Source: a virus (lineage: Duplodnaviria; Caudoviricetes). From it: a stretch of 45,308 nucleotides of DNA. The stretch is taken from the IMG/VR virus record IMGVR_UViG_3300027533_000010, positions 1-45,308 of that record; one strand, written 5' to 3'. Of this stretch, positions 8,201 to 16,820 are shown one piece after another. Made by a program: the position numbers and the translations under genes. Within the stretch, counting starts at the first letter, position 1, and every line of letters starts with the position of its first letter. The notes under the pieces are model-generated. The model ran no database searches. It was not told where the DNA came from and saw only the letters and a list, made by a program, of their open reading frames with translations.

Positions 8201-9955
8201 GAGTGGACGGAAGATCTTGAGTGCGCCCTCACTCTTGCTTCCAATCCCATCATAGCCAAGCTTAACGATCTGTCTCTCAAGGAGTTTGTCGGCAGCCTCA
8301 CCATTGATAACGCCCCTCTTCTTCTGAGCGTTATAGATGTCATCAACCATCTTCCGGTACTGGGGAGATTCCGCATCAAGGACTGCAAACTCACCCTCGA
8401 CCACGTACTTGTGCGGGGCTGAGGTGTTTGGGCCGAACCTGTGCTCTTTGTACTTTGAGCGATCACCCTTTCCGGTAAAAAAGAATGTGGCAGGCATCCT
8501 GTCTGGACGACTACCCTCTTCTCCAACCTTGCCAGTCCCCTGCTTTTTCGGATCGAGCTTCCCGATGTCATCGAGGTGAGAATAGTGAGTGAGGGTCATC
8601 CTCTTTTTCTCAGGCTCGAACTTCTGAGGATAGTTGTCTATCGCATCAAGAAACTCTTTCTGTTTCTGTGGAGGAATATCGAGGAAGCCTGGGAATCGTG
8701 AGACAGCCTTCCTCGTGAACTCCTGCATCCTTTGTGAGTATTCGTTCGCAGAGATCTTCCCGCTCCGAACCATATTGATAAGTCGAGGCTTGTAGGCTGC
8801 AATGATCGGGTCAACCACATCCTTCACCTTTGCAGGATCGAAGGATGGAATACCCAGTGACATCGAAAGCCCACCCTCAATGTCTGGGTGCTGGAGTGTG
8901 CCGTGCTTTCTATACCTGGCGATAGACTCTTTGACTGCCGCAGCAATCTCAGGAGAGTCAACCCTCTCAGCGAGAGGAGTTTTTTGTACATCATCCCAGG
9001 ATTTATTCATCAACATCCGAAGCTCATCAACCTCTCGATTGTTCAGACGAGCCTTCGTATCGCCACTGAAGATCTTGTTCTTCAGTTTGTGAGATCCAAC
9101 GAGAGCAACCAGATTTATTACCGCATCACCAAGCTCGATCAAATTCTGCTCGGCAACGGTCTCATCTCCGGTCGCAACGAACGACTGGAGTGGGGCCATA
9201 CCTTTATGGAGAAGCTCTCCAAGCTCAGGATCAAGGCCCTCAATGAGTGGAGGGCCAACGAGCCACGGAAGTCCAGCTGGGGTGAGCATCCCCCCTGCAA
9301 AAAGAAGCTGCGCTGTTCGATTGAGTGCAACGAGCGGGGCAGAAACATAGTCACGGCCCGTGACACCACGCTCTGCCTGCGCCCTCTTGATCTCTTCGGG
9401 GATCTGAACGAACCCACGGACTGCCTGCGGGAATCCAGCCCAGATTGAGTTTGACTGGTCTGCACCACGGAACCCAGCACCAGAAATTCCAACAGGCTGA
9501 GGTTGTCCGCCGTAAAGAACTGGCTGTCCATTCGCATCGGTCTTTGGGGTCATCTGTCCAGAATGGATTGCCTCCAGCGCAAGATCGAGCGGCTGTCTTG
9601 GCTGTGTGGCCCCCTTGAGAATATTAATCCCCTGCTCGGTCGAAATGCCTGCGCCGACCGGAGCACCCTGGGGTGGAGTGACCGTAACCTCTGGAGCTAC
9701 GAAAGCTCTGGGCTGCTGTGCTACCTGAGAGAGAATTTGTTTTGGATCAACCCCTTCGGGGTGGGCTGTAGCGGGGCCAGCCAAACTCAGTCCGGCAAAC
9801 GGACGGAAAGGCTGCTGTTGTTCTGGAGGATTTTGGGGAGAAGCCTGTGTACGGGCCGCACGCTGTTTTTCAATCTCCTCGTCAGTAGGTCGAGATAGTG
9901 AATCAACCTCGAACACCTCACCAGTACGATTGTCACGAACCTTGAAGATCGGCAT
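2264..9955 (-). CDS. Giant (2563 aa) virion ejection / polyvalent protein
   Basis: Last of three ejection-type genes. C-terminal internal-virion core motifs (NLLSSPLTHIVN, FIPFVQTPMNI, GKQPFSIKINGQWVSFEKLGP, RDVFGQ); central region is a string of distinct enzyme-like domains. Confidence 0.85.
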   Translation of the reverse strand: MPIFKVRDNRTGEVFEVDSLSRPTDEEIEKQRAARTQASPQNPPEQQQPFRPFAGLSLAGPATAHPEGVDPKQILSQVAQQPRAFVAPEVTVTPPQGAPVGAGISTEQGINILKGATQPRQPLDLALEAIHSGQMTPKTDANGQPVLYGGQPQPVGISGAGFRGADQSNSIWAGFPQAVRGFVQIPEEIKRAQAERGVTGRDYVSAPLVALNRTAQLLFAGGMLTPAGLPWLVGPPLIEGLDPELGELLHKGMAPLQSFVATGDETVAEQNLIELGDAVINLVALVGSHKLKNKIFSGDTKARLNNREVDELRMLMNKSWDDVQKTPLAERVDSPEIAAAVKESIARYRKHGTLQHPDIEGGLSMSLGIPSFDPAKVKDVVDPIIAAYKPRLINMVRSGKISANEYSQRMQEFTRKAVSRFPGFLDIPPQKQKEFLDAIDNYPQKFEPEKKRMTLTHYSHLDDIGKLDPKKQGTGKVGEEGSRPDRMPATFFFTGKGDRSKYKEHRFGPNTSAPHKYVVEGEFAVLDAESPQYRKMVDDIYNAQKKRGVINGEAADKLLERQIVKLGYDGIGSKSEGALKIFRPLDVKVEHGKRVAVRGTRFTDSGERTTDAVHHAMNDFMDKNYGRPIGKDAPVADKAQRFVDVQYNDVMHELRSNYESSQFYNTQFSGAVEKLLPIYPELQNPVAQKLFAAMVAVTSNGTGLSQNLKFALEAFESFARTGRIDLERINGEGWSTRDANVRLSLERINRLIDKHGPEGAAEFLTGRHPSEILSEVSGTTRGVADELGAGQPVHGSYIFGPKIGAFMANLLGETEPVTLDTWAIKNWQRSMGRISDKRWDLTPKARQEVIEGYRKLQAEINNQINPLTGEKYNLTLPEVQAALWENERQIYKEQGVTLKEETYVETAERIARESTEFGELEGRTQSAGGKTPPGEPPSVERGVEENAGEGKKEPVGGQAAADNYATDSRVQADRANKYRDTVAKYAEKDSDYLEELKLASAKADAGESVAKGAAERAARMKEGEEGKPVGSLSDAETRQRLVDKFGETESVKRGGVLLPDGTMIDLGEKKRPDYDMRVYDHEDLVLAGAGDVRFLMDRGAVRLIPEGPGFSVGKPLSGQQKRVLKNWIEDHIIDRNNPHKEISVSISARGISKHKFAASAEEAFAFVDAVFAGQAKAKAYDPVRQAVEHSEHKGSTRNLNGEAPPQDRGFGLSIYPERGKIIEGEKITEAQFKKFASENADLLSKPNHYIGTWVSNGMSYLDVSVTMMDRAKAIEAARAMDQIAVWDTANKKEIGVGGTGVIGEVEGAPEIQGRYEALQKAPPPGKKLFNPPNPETKKISSSYRKKAGIRTPEGKPIETLDVERSKKIADAFDELKSDPKDLETNRAYRAMADETLDQFDEIQGAGYKVEIFTGEGEPYKNSAEMIQDLQRNKHLYIFSTESGFGKEITQAMRDEHPLLEFSGVNDVNGKPLLVNDVFRFVHDFFGHSERGNSFGPLGEENAWDVHARMFSPLARRAMTTETRGQNSWVNFGPQMRNPDGSFKQIPLKDRPFAEQKVGLLPEEFSKIEGEKAPPTVMELTADPTVFWHGTAGDLRGGKTGLHVGTYEAARQALEARIGVPAVGEWDGTRVYGETLLAGKRTLQRKGEYLESGANAGDIPEHDYLPMGRASFSDNSRVPMTAKPVIMPVRVKGKMTRKSSAGDDYANKTMFKRLKVGNKEKGIFYENMGEDVGSVSATVPSVSHLEMVDYTPPVHGRRYMWKRALDETRGRLIEGTKKIQDITNIPGEVAHILAPLAEQVGKDVALLVKDGTVKASDYAMEVNKRITEEMKKHPELVELLKKVPDAAKYAVNINLNRLDVPPEAKTQVTQAMDQLMAAGLKDERKPITFEEITEAAETADPLSKVVSREQAKNYLASLLRSRKILSDASTRPGVSAELIKEAELVSTNVRLIAQLFSSLRIGAGPDGLLPHEGIKGQIITRLREAGVSADELAQAGKDLDWTNPKAVAQFYRKYEKPKFLDDLTIFRYINLLSSPLTHIVNATSNFAQVAGLSPATRLAWGGTDWFAHKLTGRERENYSTSVGPYYKGALNAVPAALNDAWETLLGRRFVERPDIGMLPPTGKSSSPFGVPLAKFNQAFHPILRALEAGDVLFRSIATGGELEAISHNARRSGKAIAPDVAKAQAEARAKYWVFRKALDAGNETGQGAVLSAMDQMTQGIYGLRKVPGVSWFIPFVQTPMNILKQGVEFTPGIGLTTLFKSKHKPEQVAKQIVGSTVFLGAAWAVFEGDATWSLPKDEKERQKWYDQGKQPFSIKINGQWVSFEKLGPISFPIAMAAALKHYTVEQGRQLDKETIDLLGDTMLSSLEFFSNQSYVKGAAEMMDAVRGNERAFKGIVESAPSQLIPLVSLQRWVSRMIDPVFRQTKGVKAGIQAGIPGASQSLLPYRDVFGQESKRDFPLMNSFNPFRVKSDQTVNDPIKKELAMLDYQPSQIGDTINGEKISPEDHERLKVIYGGLLKEIFSEIINDPSWKQMPVDEKMILLDRTADQQKQAARGMLQIEGVLQ

Positions 9956-10732
9956 TTATTGTTCATCATCAATGATTGTGTAGTTGCTGTTCTGTTGCTG
10001 CCCGCCAAAGGTGGCCTGGATTGTTTCGAGTGCTGCGATCTGAGCACGATTCTGCTCAAGCTCTTTCATCTTCTGCTCTTTAAGACTCCTCGTCCCTTGA
10101 CGGGAGGTCTCTTTGTTTGTCCCTGAAAATCCCGACTCATAGGAAGCCTCACCCTTGTCCTGAGAAAGCTGAAGGCGGATGATCTCCTGACCAATCTGAA
10201 GATTCCTCGCATGGAGTGAGTTAATCTTATTCGCAACACCCATCATGGAGGACTGTGTTGGGCCGTTTCTCGAAGAGGTTGCCTTCTTCTTCAGTTCGTA
10301 ATCACTCCACTCTTGCCAGATCTCTGCGTCAGTCTTACCCTCAGCCTTTCGTCCACGATAGAGAACATCGAACGCATCCTTCGGTGCAGTGTCCGGCATA
10401 TCAATAGCATTCAGGTTCTGACTGCCTGGAAGAATCTCCCCATACTGACCAGTCTGAACCGTGCCAATATCTCCAGTGCCAGGGACGGAGAACTGTGCAG
10501 TCCTCGGCTGCCTTGCATCCTGTCTGCCCGACAAGAACTCGAACGCCCGTGAGGGATCAACACTATCAGGAAGTCCGCTAATGTTTGGATCATCCTTGAA
10601 CATAGAACGGAGTTGCGCTATCTCGGCCATCCTTTTTTCTTCGTCACGCTTCTTCTGGAGGATCATCGAGATTGCATCAATCCCTTGACCAACCCCACGA
10701 CCGAGATTCAGGAGTGTGCTGAGTTTCGCCAT
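9956..10732 (-). CDS. Putative DNA ejection (internal virion) protein
   Basis: Helical/coiled-coil, Gln/Lys/Glu-rich; lies between the pilot-like gene and the giant protein. Confidence 0.6.
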   Translation of the reverse strand: MAKLSTLLNLGRGVGQGIDAISMILQKKRDEEKRMAEIAQLRSMFKDDPNISGLPDSVDPSRAFEFLSGRQDARQPRTAQFSVPGTGDIGTVQTGQYGEILPGSQNLNAIDMPDTAPKDAFDVLYRGRKAEGKTDAEIWQEWSDYELKKKATSSRNGPTQSSMMGVANKINSLHARNLQIGQEIIRLQLSQDKGEASYESGFSGTNKETSRQGTRSLKEQKMKELEQNRAQIAALETIQATFGGQQQNSNYTIIDDEQ

Positions 10733-11400
10733 TACGGTCTCCCGCTACCCGCAGCACCAGCCGCAGCCATTGCGATACCAGCCGGAGGGAAAAGGAGTCC
10801 GCCAGCAATACCCAGCGCAGGCCCAACAAGACCCCCCAGGAAATCAAGGAATCCACCCTTAGCCTGATCGTGCTGCCAGTTGGCCTCATCCTGTCGGAAA
10901 CGATTATCAATGTCACCCTGGATTGCGCCAGCCTGTCCTGCGAGCGCACCACCCTGAGCACCGATCTTATTGAAAGCGAACTGATCCTGAGAACCGAGCA
11001 CTCCCTGAAGAAGCTGGGCAATGAAGTTCGACTGTTCGACGTTCGCAGTGCCCTCCTGACCGAGAAGTTGACTGTAAGCATTGGCGTAGTGCTGTTCGAC
11101 CGGAGCAAAGAGAGATCGCTCGGCTGTTGCGCTATTCCCTGCACGCTGCGAGGTTCTTGCCAGGGATCTATTCTTTTCTGCACCCAGAGCCTGCTTCAGT
11201 GGATCGAACTGTGCCGACACATCCTGGATACCAAACCGCGACCGAACGTCATCAGAGTTGTTGATCCCAGCGAACGCAGACTGGAGACCGGAGGCCGAGT
11301 TACCGAGAGCACCGTACCCAGCACGGGTTTGGTTGAGATCCATCGCTCCACCGCCTGCAAAAAAATCCTGAATACTCCCCACTGGTTTATTAACCGGCAT
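10732..11400 (-). CDS. Putative DNA ejection/pilot protein
   Basis: Gly/Ala/Gln-rich with hydrophobic Gly-rich tail (GGFLDFLGGLVGPALGIAGGLL), typical of podovirus ejection proteins. Confidence 0.65.
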   Translation of the reverse strand: MPVNKPVGSIQDFFAGGGAMDLNQTRAGYGALGNSASGLQSAFAGINNSDDVRSRFGIQDVSAQFDPLKQALGAEKNRSLARTSQRAGNSATAERSLFAPVEQHYANAYSQLLGQEGTANVEQSNFIAQLLQGVLGSQDQFAFNKIGAQGGALAGQAGAIQGDIDNRFRQDEANWQHDQAKGGFLDFLGGLVGPALGIAGGLLFPPAGIAMAAAGAAGSGRP

Positions 11401-12103
11401 GACTCACCTCTAAGCTCGCGTACGTCTTTCTGAATCTAAGGTCGGCATGAGAAGTACCGAGTGTGATACTCGCTGTCAAGAGAATATCCATCGTTGAGTC
11501 CTCACTGCCCTGCCCCCCAATCGGAGTCGTTGCCGCTGTCTCGTCCGTTGAGAGATCTCCCCACCCCGATGTTGCTGGCTCATCCCCAATAAGGATTACC
11601 CCGCCCAGGATTTGAGAGTTACTGGCCTGTTTTGCTGCCAGAATAATGTACGAAAAGAACGGGTATCTATCAACGTCCGCTGTGCCTGCCGCACCAGCAA
11701 CCGTGGCCGTGCTATCATAAACGACATTCCGGTTCAAGTAAATTCTAACCCTGACTGTTCCGGCCCCAACCATGTTATTGATGATTGAACCGATCAGTGT
11801 GATCCGTGCGAAGTCATCGTCCCCAAGCATCCCCTTTGGGATGACGAGGGCCACAATCTCTGTCTCTGCTGCCGAGGTAGCAATGTCGGTCTGCTCTGCG
11901 TCCGTAGCCACGACCCTCACCAGTCTTTCCGGCTCACCCTTCAGCACGTAGGTCTTTTCCCTCGTGTTCAGTTCAGCAATATCGACAGCATCACGCTCAA
12001 CATAATCAAACTCTTTCTGCACTGCATCCTTCAAGATCAGCAGATCCTTGTTCGCATCGCCAGTGAATTTGATCTTGCTTATGCACTGGAGTCGCTGCTT
12101 CAC
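11390..12103 (-). CDS. Virion structural protein (beta-rich, tail-associated)
   Basis: Probable GTG start at 12103 overlapping the upstream stop (GTGA); beta-strand-rich C-terminal domain; tail-module position. Confidence 0.5.
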   Translation of the reverse strand: MKQRLQCISKIKFTGDANKDLLILKDAVQKEFDYVERDAVDIAELNTREKTYVLKGEPERLVRVVATDAEQTDIATSAAETEIVALVIPKGMLGDDDFARITLIGSIINNMVGAGTVRVRIYLNRNVVYDSTATVAGAAGTADVDRYPFFSYIILAAKQASNSQILGGVILIGDEPATSGWGDLSTDETAATTPIGGQGSEDSTMDILLTASITLGTSHADLRFRKTYASLEVSHAG

Positions 12104-14991
12104 TCTGTCACCTTCACGCCATGCAAGGGAACGATATGGTATCCGAGAGCAATCTCTCTCAAAGCCACGTTGCTCGTGCCGGAGGTTGTTCCTGAGATTT
12201 TGATACGAACTCCATTGCACCTGAGTCCGAGCGGCATCCTGAATTTGAAACGCTTCGCATTAGCCGGATAAGTGCCAGTGAACGAAGCGGCAACATCCTC
12301 ATTCAACCAGACCTCGACCGTGAGGGCGACGGTTGATGTCGCTTCAATGTACACCGTCCTCGGAAGAAGATCGTAGTTTCCACGCAGAGCGTTCGGCATC
12401 GGATTGTCGTGCTCCTGTGAGAGAGTGAATTTGTTTGTCTCCCAGTGGAACAAAAAGTCCAATCCCTTAAAGAGAGCCGTATCGGAAGCTTTGTAGATCT
12501 CAGAACTTCCGGCATCAAGGAACAGGTACTTATCCAGCACACCCTGAACCATGATGGTCGGCTGGTCTGTTTTAGTGTCTATCGTCCAGTCGTCCAGGTC
12601 AAGAGAGTACACATACTCTTTTGAGTTGACAGCGAAATGAATCCTCCGGTAGAAGGGATCTATCGCTGCGACCGCCGCCTCTTTCACTGTGGCAGAAAGA
12701 ATCCTGTACTCTTCAATGAACTTCAAGGAGAGCATCTTGAGACCGGAGGTCGGACTGTAGGAATAAATTCCAGTGTAGTCAGCCCAGAACGCAGTGTCAT
12801 CGAACACAACGAGCGAGTCCGCAGCAGCAATCCCAACGAGCCTCGTGAGAACGTCCCTGTTGTATCCACCATTCCCATCGGGAATGAGGAGCACAAGAGC
12901 GTGAGACTTCAGAACAAGTATTCGATCACCGAGCGGAGCGATGGCCCTTACAATATCGCCATCATTGAACTCCACATCGACCGGAAGATCGGCAGGATAT
13001 GCGTCGTACTGTGGAACACCGAACCCGTGCTGTGCTGACTCGTACAGAAGGTTTGGTTTGTAGTCCCACGGAAGATTCAGGTCTGACATATTGGGTCTGC
13101 GGGAAGCAACGATGAACCGAGTGTTCCCGACCGTTGCTGCCCTCGAATAAACAATGTCGAGGTGTGCATCATGCTGGTGGCCCGTGAGCGAGAGGTAGGA
13201 GTCGATTGCATTCCTCCACTTTTCACCGCCAATCTTGTACTCGACGGTCTTGATCCAGAGGTTTGTATCGACCGCATGGTACGGATCTGAAGGGAGTTGA
13301 ATGTCGAACTGCTCGATACTCGTTCCAGCCCCAACCCACAGAGAGATGTCCTCGACCCACAACCACTCCAGTCCATCCTTACGAGCGTACACCCTGATAA
13401 GCTGTGCTCGTTTCGGGAGTGCCCCGTAGTTGATGTGGAGTGAGTATTTGATCTGTTGGCCTGCGGTGTTCGTCGCTGGGAAGTTGTCGGTAGTGTTCTG
13501 CATAAGTTGACTCTCTTGCCCATCATCGGTAACGATAGACACACCCATCTCCCACTCGCCCTCTGGGAGACCGTCTCCAGCCTCGAACGCAGAGCCAGCA
13601 GCACCGAAGTCCTCGAAATAGACCGTCCTCTCGTACTGCTGGAGAGTGGCAGCCTCACAATAAAGGCCCGTAGTGAGGCTCAGTACCTTCGGCTGTTCAT
13701 TGCTCGCTGTAGCAAACGCCCATCTCCACTTTTTGTCAGTAAATCCAATAGCCAGAGCGAAGTCTGACTCCCCATTCCCTGACGTTACTCTAACCTCACC
13801 ACGAACTCCATCAAAGTAGATACTCGTTGGGGTTGTTGGAAGGACTGCTGGGGTTGTGTCCGTCAGTTCACGAGTGACGAGATTCCTCATGACGAATATC
13901 TTATCCCCTGCCGTGATTCCTTGCCAGTCTCCACCGGATGAAATCAGAAATAGATCACTTCCATTCCTTCTCACACCAGAGACCATCTGACCGTAACCGT
14001 TCGCATAGTTCGCATCCAGGGATGGAATGACTGCGAACCCTTTCAAGTACATTGTATTAAAAATATCTTGGCCTGTGTCAACGGCCATAATGTCGTCATC
14101 CCCGCCTCCACCCTGAGCGATCTGAATCTCGTCGGTCGTGACAGCGATAGCACTAAGAATGTACATCTCCGTCAGTTCTCTCCATGTGTCCTGCCAGGAT
14201 TCAATCGAGACATCATCAACAAAGAAGATTGTATTGTAACTGTCCGCCGAGAACCAGATCCTGATCGGATCGGTCGTTGTTGCAATCACATCAAACTGAA
14301 AGGGCGGAGAGAGACCCGTGTCCGCACCAGGAGTGCCGACCATATCGAGGGCTGTAGTGTAGGTCTTTCCACCGAAGGAAACATTCAGGATTTGACCATT
14401 GAGCACTCCATCCCTTCTAACGTACAGGACGATACGGTAGTGCTGTCCGATTGTGGGAGTGGTTCCGGCGAGAGTGATGTAGTTCGCTGTCCCATCTCCG
14501 GCCCCAGTAGCGGTCACACGGAGCGAGGCTGCGCCACTACGAAAGTCTGTCGTGCTACCAGTGAACGAATGATTACCTGCCGATGTCCACCCTTGAGTCG
14601 AGGCCCCAGCACCAGCCGCCTCGAACGTCGAACTCCTGAAGTCAGCGATGATATTCTGGAAGTGTGGCTTCGCAAAGATCCCCCACCTATCAACGAACGA
14701 ATCCCCGTCAACGTAATCGAGCTTTCGGTAGGTCGCAGCCTGGAGAGTGACATTCCTTCCGCCGAAGTTTGGAACATAGAACTGGTGTGGCCTACCCCAA
14801 ACGAGAGAGGAGACTTTGTGCCGAGCGGCTGGGACTGCTGAGACTTCGTGAACGGCGTAGCCTGCCGTCAACTGTGCAGCCTGAAGCTCACGATGAAGGC
14901 CCATGTTGAGGATAGAGCGAGCGGTATTGAATGGCGGGTTGTTACTTCCTGTAAGCAGCCCACCAAACTTTGTTATTTTTGCGGTGTTCAT
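12100..14991 (-). CDS. Tail nozzle / head-stabilisation protein (P22 gp10 / T7 gp12-like) with inserted carbohydrate-binding-like module
   Basis: Start at 14991 by ATGA coupling. C-terminal propeller-type motifs (GDIVRAIAPLGDRILVLK, VGIAAADSLVVFDDTAFWADYTGIYSY); jelly-roll insert near 14195-14630. Confidence 0.72.
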   Translation of the reverse strand: MNTAKITKFGGLLTGSNNPPFNTARSILNMGLHRELQAAQLTAGYAVHEVSAVPAARHKVSSLVWGRPHQFYVPNFGGRNVTLQAATYRKLDYVDGDSFVDRWGIFAKPHFQNIIADFRSSTFEAAGAGASTQGWTSAGNHSFTGSTTDFRSGAASLRVTATGAGDGTANYITLAGTTPTIGQHYRIVLYVRRDGVLNGQILNVSFGGKTYTTALDMVGTPGADTGLSPPFQFDVIATTTDPIRIWFSADSYNTIFFVDDVSIESWQDTWRELTEMYILSAIAVTTDEIQIAQGGGGDDDIMAVDTGQDIFNTMYLKGFAVIPSLDANYANGYGQMVSGVRRNGSDLFLISSGGDWQGITAGDKIFVMRNLVTRELTDTTPAVLPTTPTSIYFDGVRGEVRVTSGNGESDFALAIGFTDKKWRWAFATASNEQPKVLSLTTGLYCEAATLQQYERTVYFEDFGAAGSAFEAGDGLPEGEWEMGVSIVTDDGQESQLMQNTTDNFPATNTAGQQIKYSLHINYGALPKRAQLIRVYARKDGLEWLWVEDISLWVGAGTSIEQFDIQLPSDPYHAVDTNLWIKTVEYKIGGEKWRNAIDSYLSLTGHQHDAHLDIVYSRAATVGNTRFIVASRRPNMSDLNLPWDYKPNLLYESAQHGFGVPQYDAYPADLPVDVEFNDGDIVRAIAPLGDRILVLKSHALVLLIPDGNGGYNRDVLTRLVGIAAADSLVVFDDTAFWADYTGIYSYSPTSGLKMLSLKFIEEYRILSATVKEAAVAAIDPFYRRIHFAVNSKEYVYSLDLDDWTIDTKTDQPTIMVQGVLDKYLFLDAGSSEIYKASDTALFKGLDFLFHWETNKFTLSQEHDNPMPNALRGNYDLLPRTVYIEATSTVALTVEVWLNEDVAASFTGTYPANAKRFKFRMPLGLRCNGVRIKISGTTSGTSNVALREIALGYHIVPLHGVKVTE

Positions 14992-15944
14992 CCACGACCG
15001 CCTTTTCTCTCTATCGCTTTCGCTGTCTCCATCTGAGAAGCGGAATATCGTTTCTCGAAAGCATCGTGCCTTTCCTGGAGGAGTGTTGCGATAGTTCCCT
15101 CCATCTTTCCCTGCTGAAGATAGCCGTACACGCACTCATCGAGGAGCGTCTGGTTCTCTTCCGGTGGAATGTCAATCGTGTTGTTCTCGCCTGCGTCTGT
15201 GTACACCCCAGGCTTTCCCTTGTAGTGCATCTGTACAACACCCATCGGGTCGGCGTTCGCTCCAACCCTGAAGCGGATCGAATCACCACGGTAGAAGTTC
15301 CATGCAACCACACCATTCCAAAAGCTGTTCCTGTGCGACTTGTCGAAGTTGATCGGATCGGCGATCTCGTAGAACTCTCTGTCGTTTCCAGAACCACCGC
15401 CCTGATCGTCAAAGATCCCAATGATCCTCTTGATATAGAGAGTTGAGATGTCCACAGCGTTCGCACTCATCTTGTTCAGGATGATAACCCCTGCCGCCAG
15501 ATCTACGTTCGTATCAAGGTCTGTCCCGTCCAACAGTTGATAGGTTGCCATCGCACCACCAGTGGTAATGCGTGCAACAAACCAGTCTGAGTTCGAGAGA
15601 AAGAGTGCATTGAAGTTCGTGTACTGGACAAAGATGATCTGCCCTGCAACGAACGCACCCGTACTTCGTTTGATTGTATTGGCTGCGGCAATAATCCCGT
15701 CAATGGGAATTATCCCAGGCACGCCATTCGAGTTCCAATACTCATGCTGGAGGTCTGTGGCAACAGTCAGTGTTGTGATCCTGTCGTACCACGGATCATC
15801 GTGAGCGTGCAGGATCGAGTACAGACGGAACACCCGATCATTGATAATCATCTGCCTGACACCGAGGTTGATCTGGCTATCACTCACACCAGAGAGGTCG
15901 AGGCACTGTTGATCCAACTGTTTGTAGGTTTTATAGTTCAGCAT
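14988..15944 (-). CDS. Head-tail adaptor/ring-like protein 3 (with insertion)
   Basis: N-terminal helices and C-terminal IDIPPEENQTLLDECVYG adaptor-type motif flank a beta-rich insert. Confidence 0.55.
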   Translation of the reverse strand: MLNYKTYKQLDQQCLDLSGVSDSQINLGVRQMIINDRVFRLYSILHAHDDPWYDRITTLTVATDLQHEYWNSNGVPGIIPIDGIIAAANTIKRSTGAFVAGQIIFVQYTNFNALFLSNSDWFVARITTGGAMATYQLLDGTDLDTNVDLAAGVIILNKMSANAVDISTLYIKRIIGIFDDQGGGSGNDREFYEIADPINFDKSHRNSFWNGVVAWNFYRGDSIRFRVGANADPMGVVQMHYKGKPGVYTDAGENNTIDIPPEENQTLLDECVYGYLQQGKMEGTIATLLQERHDAFEKRYSASQMETAKAIERKGGRG

Positions 15945-15947
15945 GGC

Positions 15948-16820
15948 TTATCCAATATCGAGTGTGGCTGTTGCATCAGCAAGGGCCTTCTTCACCATCG
16001 CATCAATGATGAGTGTGTCCCAGTTCTGAGTGAGAAGGAGATCACCGGAGGCAAGCTGTGACTCCGGCATGAATACTCTATTGATCTCTGCGGCAGAGTC
16101 AGCGGTCGGTAGGTTCCATCCGGTCAAGGTCACCGTATTGTTCGCTGGGACTGTTGCAATGATCCCGTCATACACACTCCCCGATACGCTATTCCAGAAG
16201 AGGAGGGCCTTACCGATGTCGCCCGTAACAAAGCCTGCTGGGAGCGGGACTGCACCAGTGACAAGGGTTTTTGTTGCAGCAGTCCACCCAGAGAAGCCCG
16301 TCTGGTCTCGCTTTCCCCCGCCAGGGGTGGCCGGAGTGTTGTCCGGTACAATATCAGTATGCTTCATGATATAGTGACCGTTCACAACAATCGAAGCACC
16401 AGTCCCCGCTGTGATGACCGTCGTTCCAAGCTCATAGAAAGATCCACCGGAAACGAGCGGGAGATCTCCCTGCCTCATTCTCTCAAAGTCCTTCGACTTC
16501 CTATGGAGCGTGTTCGTGTTCGTGACATCGAACAGATCGTACATGAACCAGCAGTCGGACGGTTTCTGGAACGTGTTCGATGAGAGCACCGTGTTCCCCA
16601 TCCTCTTCACATACTCAGGGAAGGTCTGCATAAATCTGACATCACCCGTACTAACCAGTGACTCACGCAGGAGATCACGAACTGCATCGTTCGCATACTT
16701 TGAAAGGATCGCAGAAGTGTAGGTCTTTCCTGAATCGCCGCCGCTCGTAGCATCCGTGCGAGTCTCACCCAGTCTGCGTGCAGCCTCGATCAGAATATTA
16801 TTGAATCTCAGGGTTGCCAT
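15948..16820 (-). CDS. Head-tail adaptor/ring-like protein 2 (with insertion)
   Basis: NILIEAARRLGE...LSKYANDAVRDL N-terminus, KPSDC turn and LTQNWDTLIIDAMV C-terminus. Confidence 0.6.
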   Translation of the reverse strand: MATLRFNNILIEAARRLGETRTDATSGGDSGKTYTSAILSKYANDAVRDLLRESLVSTGDVRFMQTFPEYVKRMGNTVLSSNTFQKPSDCWFMYDLFDVTNTNTLHRKSKDFERMRQGDLPLVSGGSFYELGTTVITAGTGASIVVNGHYIMKHTDIVPDNTPATPGGGKRDQTGFSGWTAATKTLVTGAVPLPAGFVTGDIGKALLFWNSVSGSVYDGIIATVPANNTVTLTGWNLPTADSAAEINRVFMPESQLASGDLLLTQNWDTLIIDAMVKKALADATATLDIG

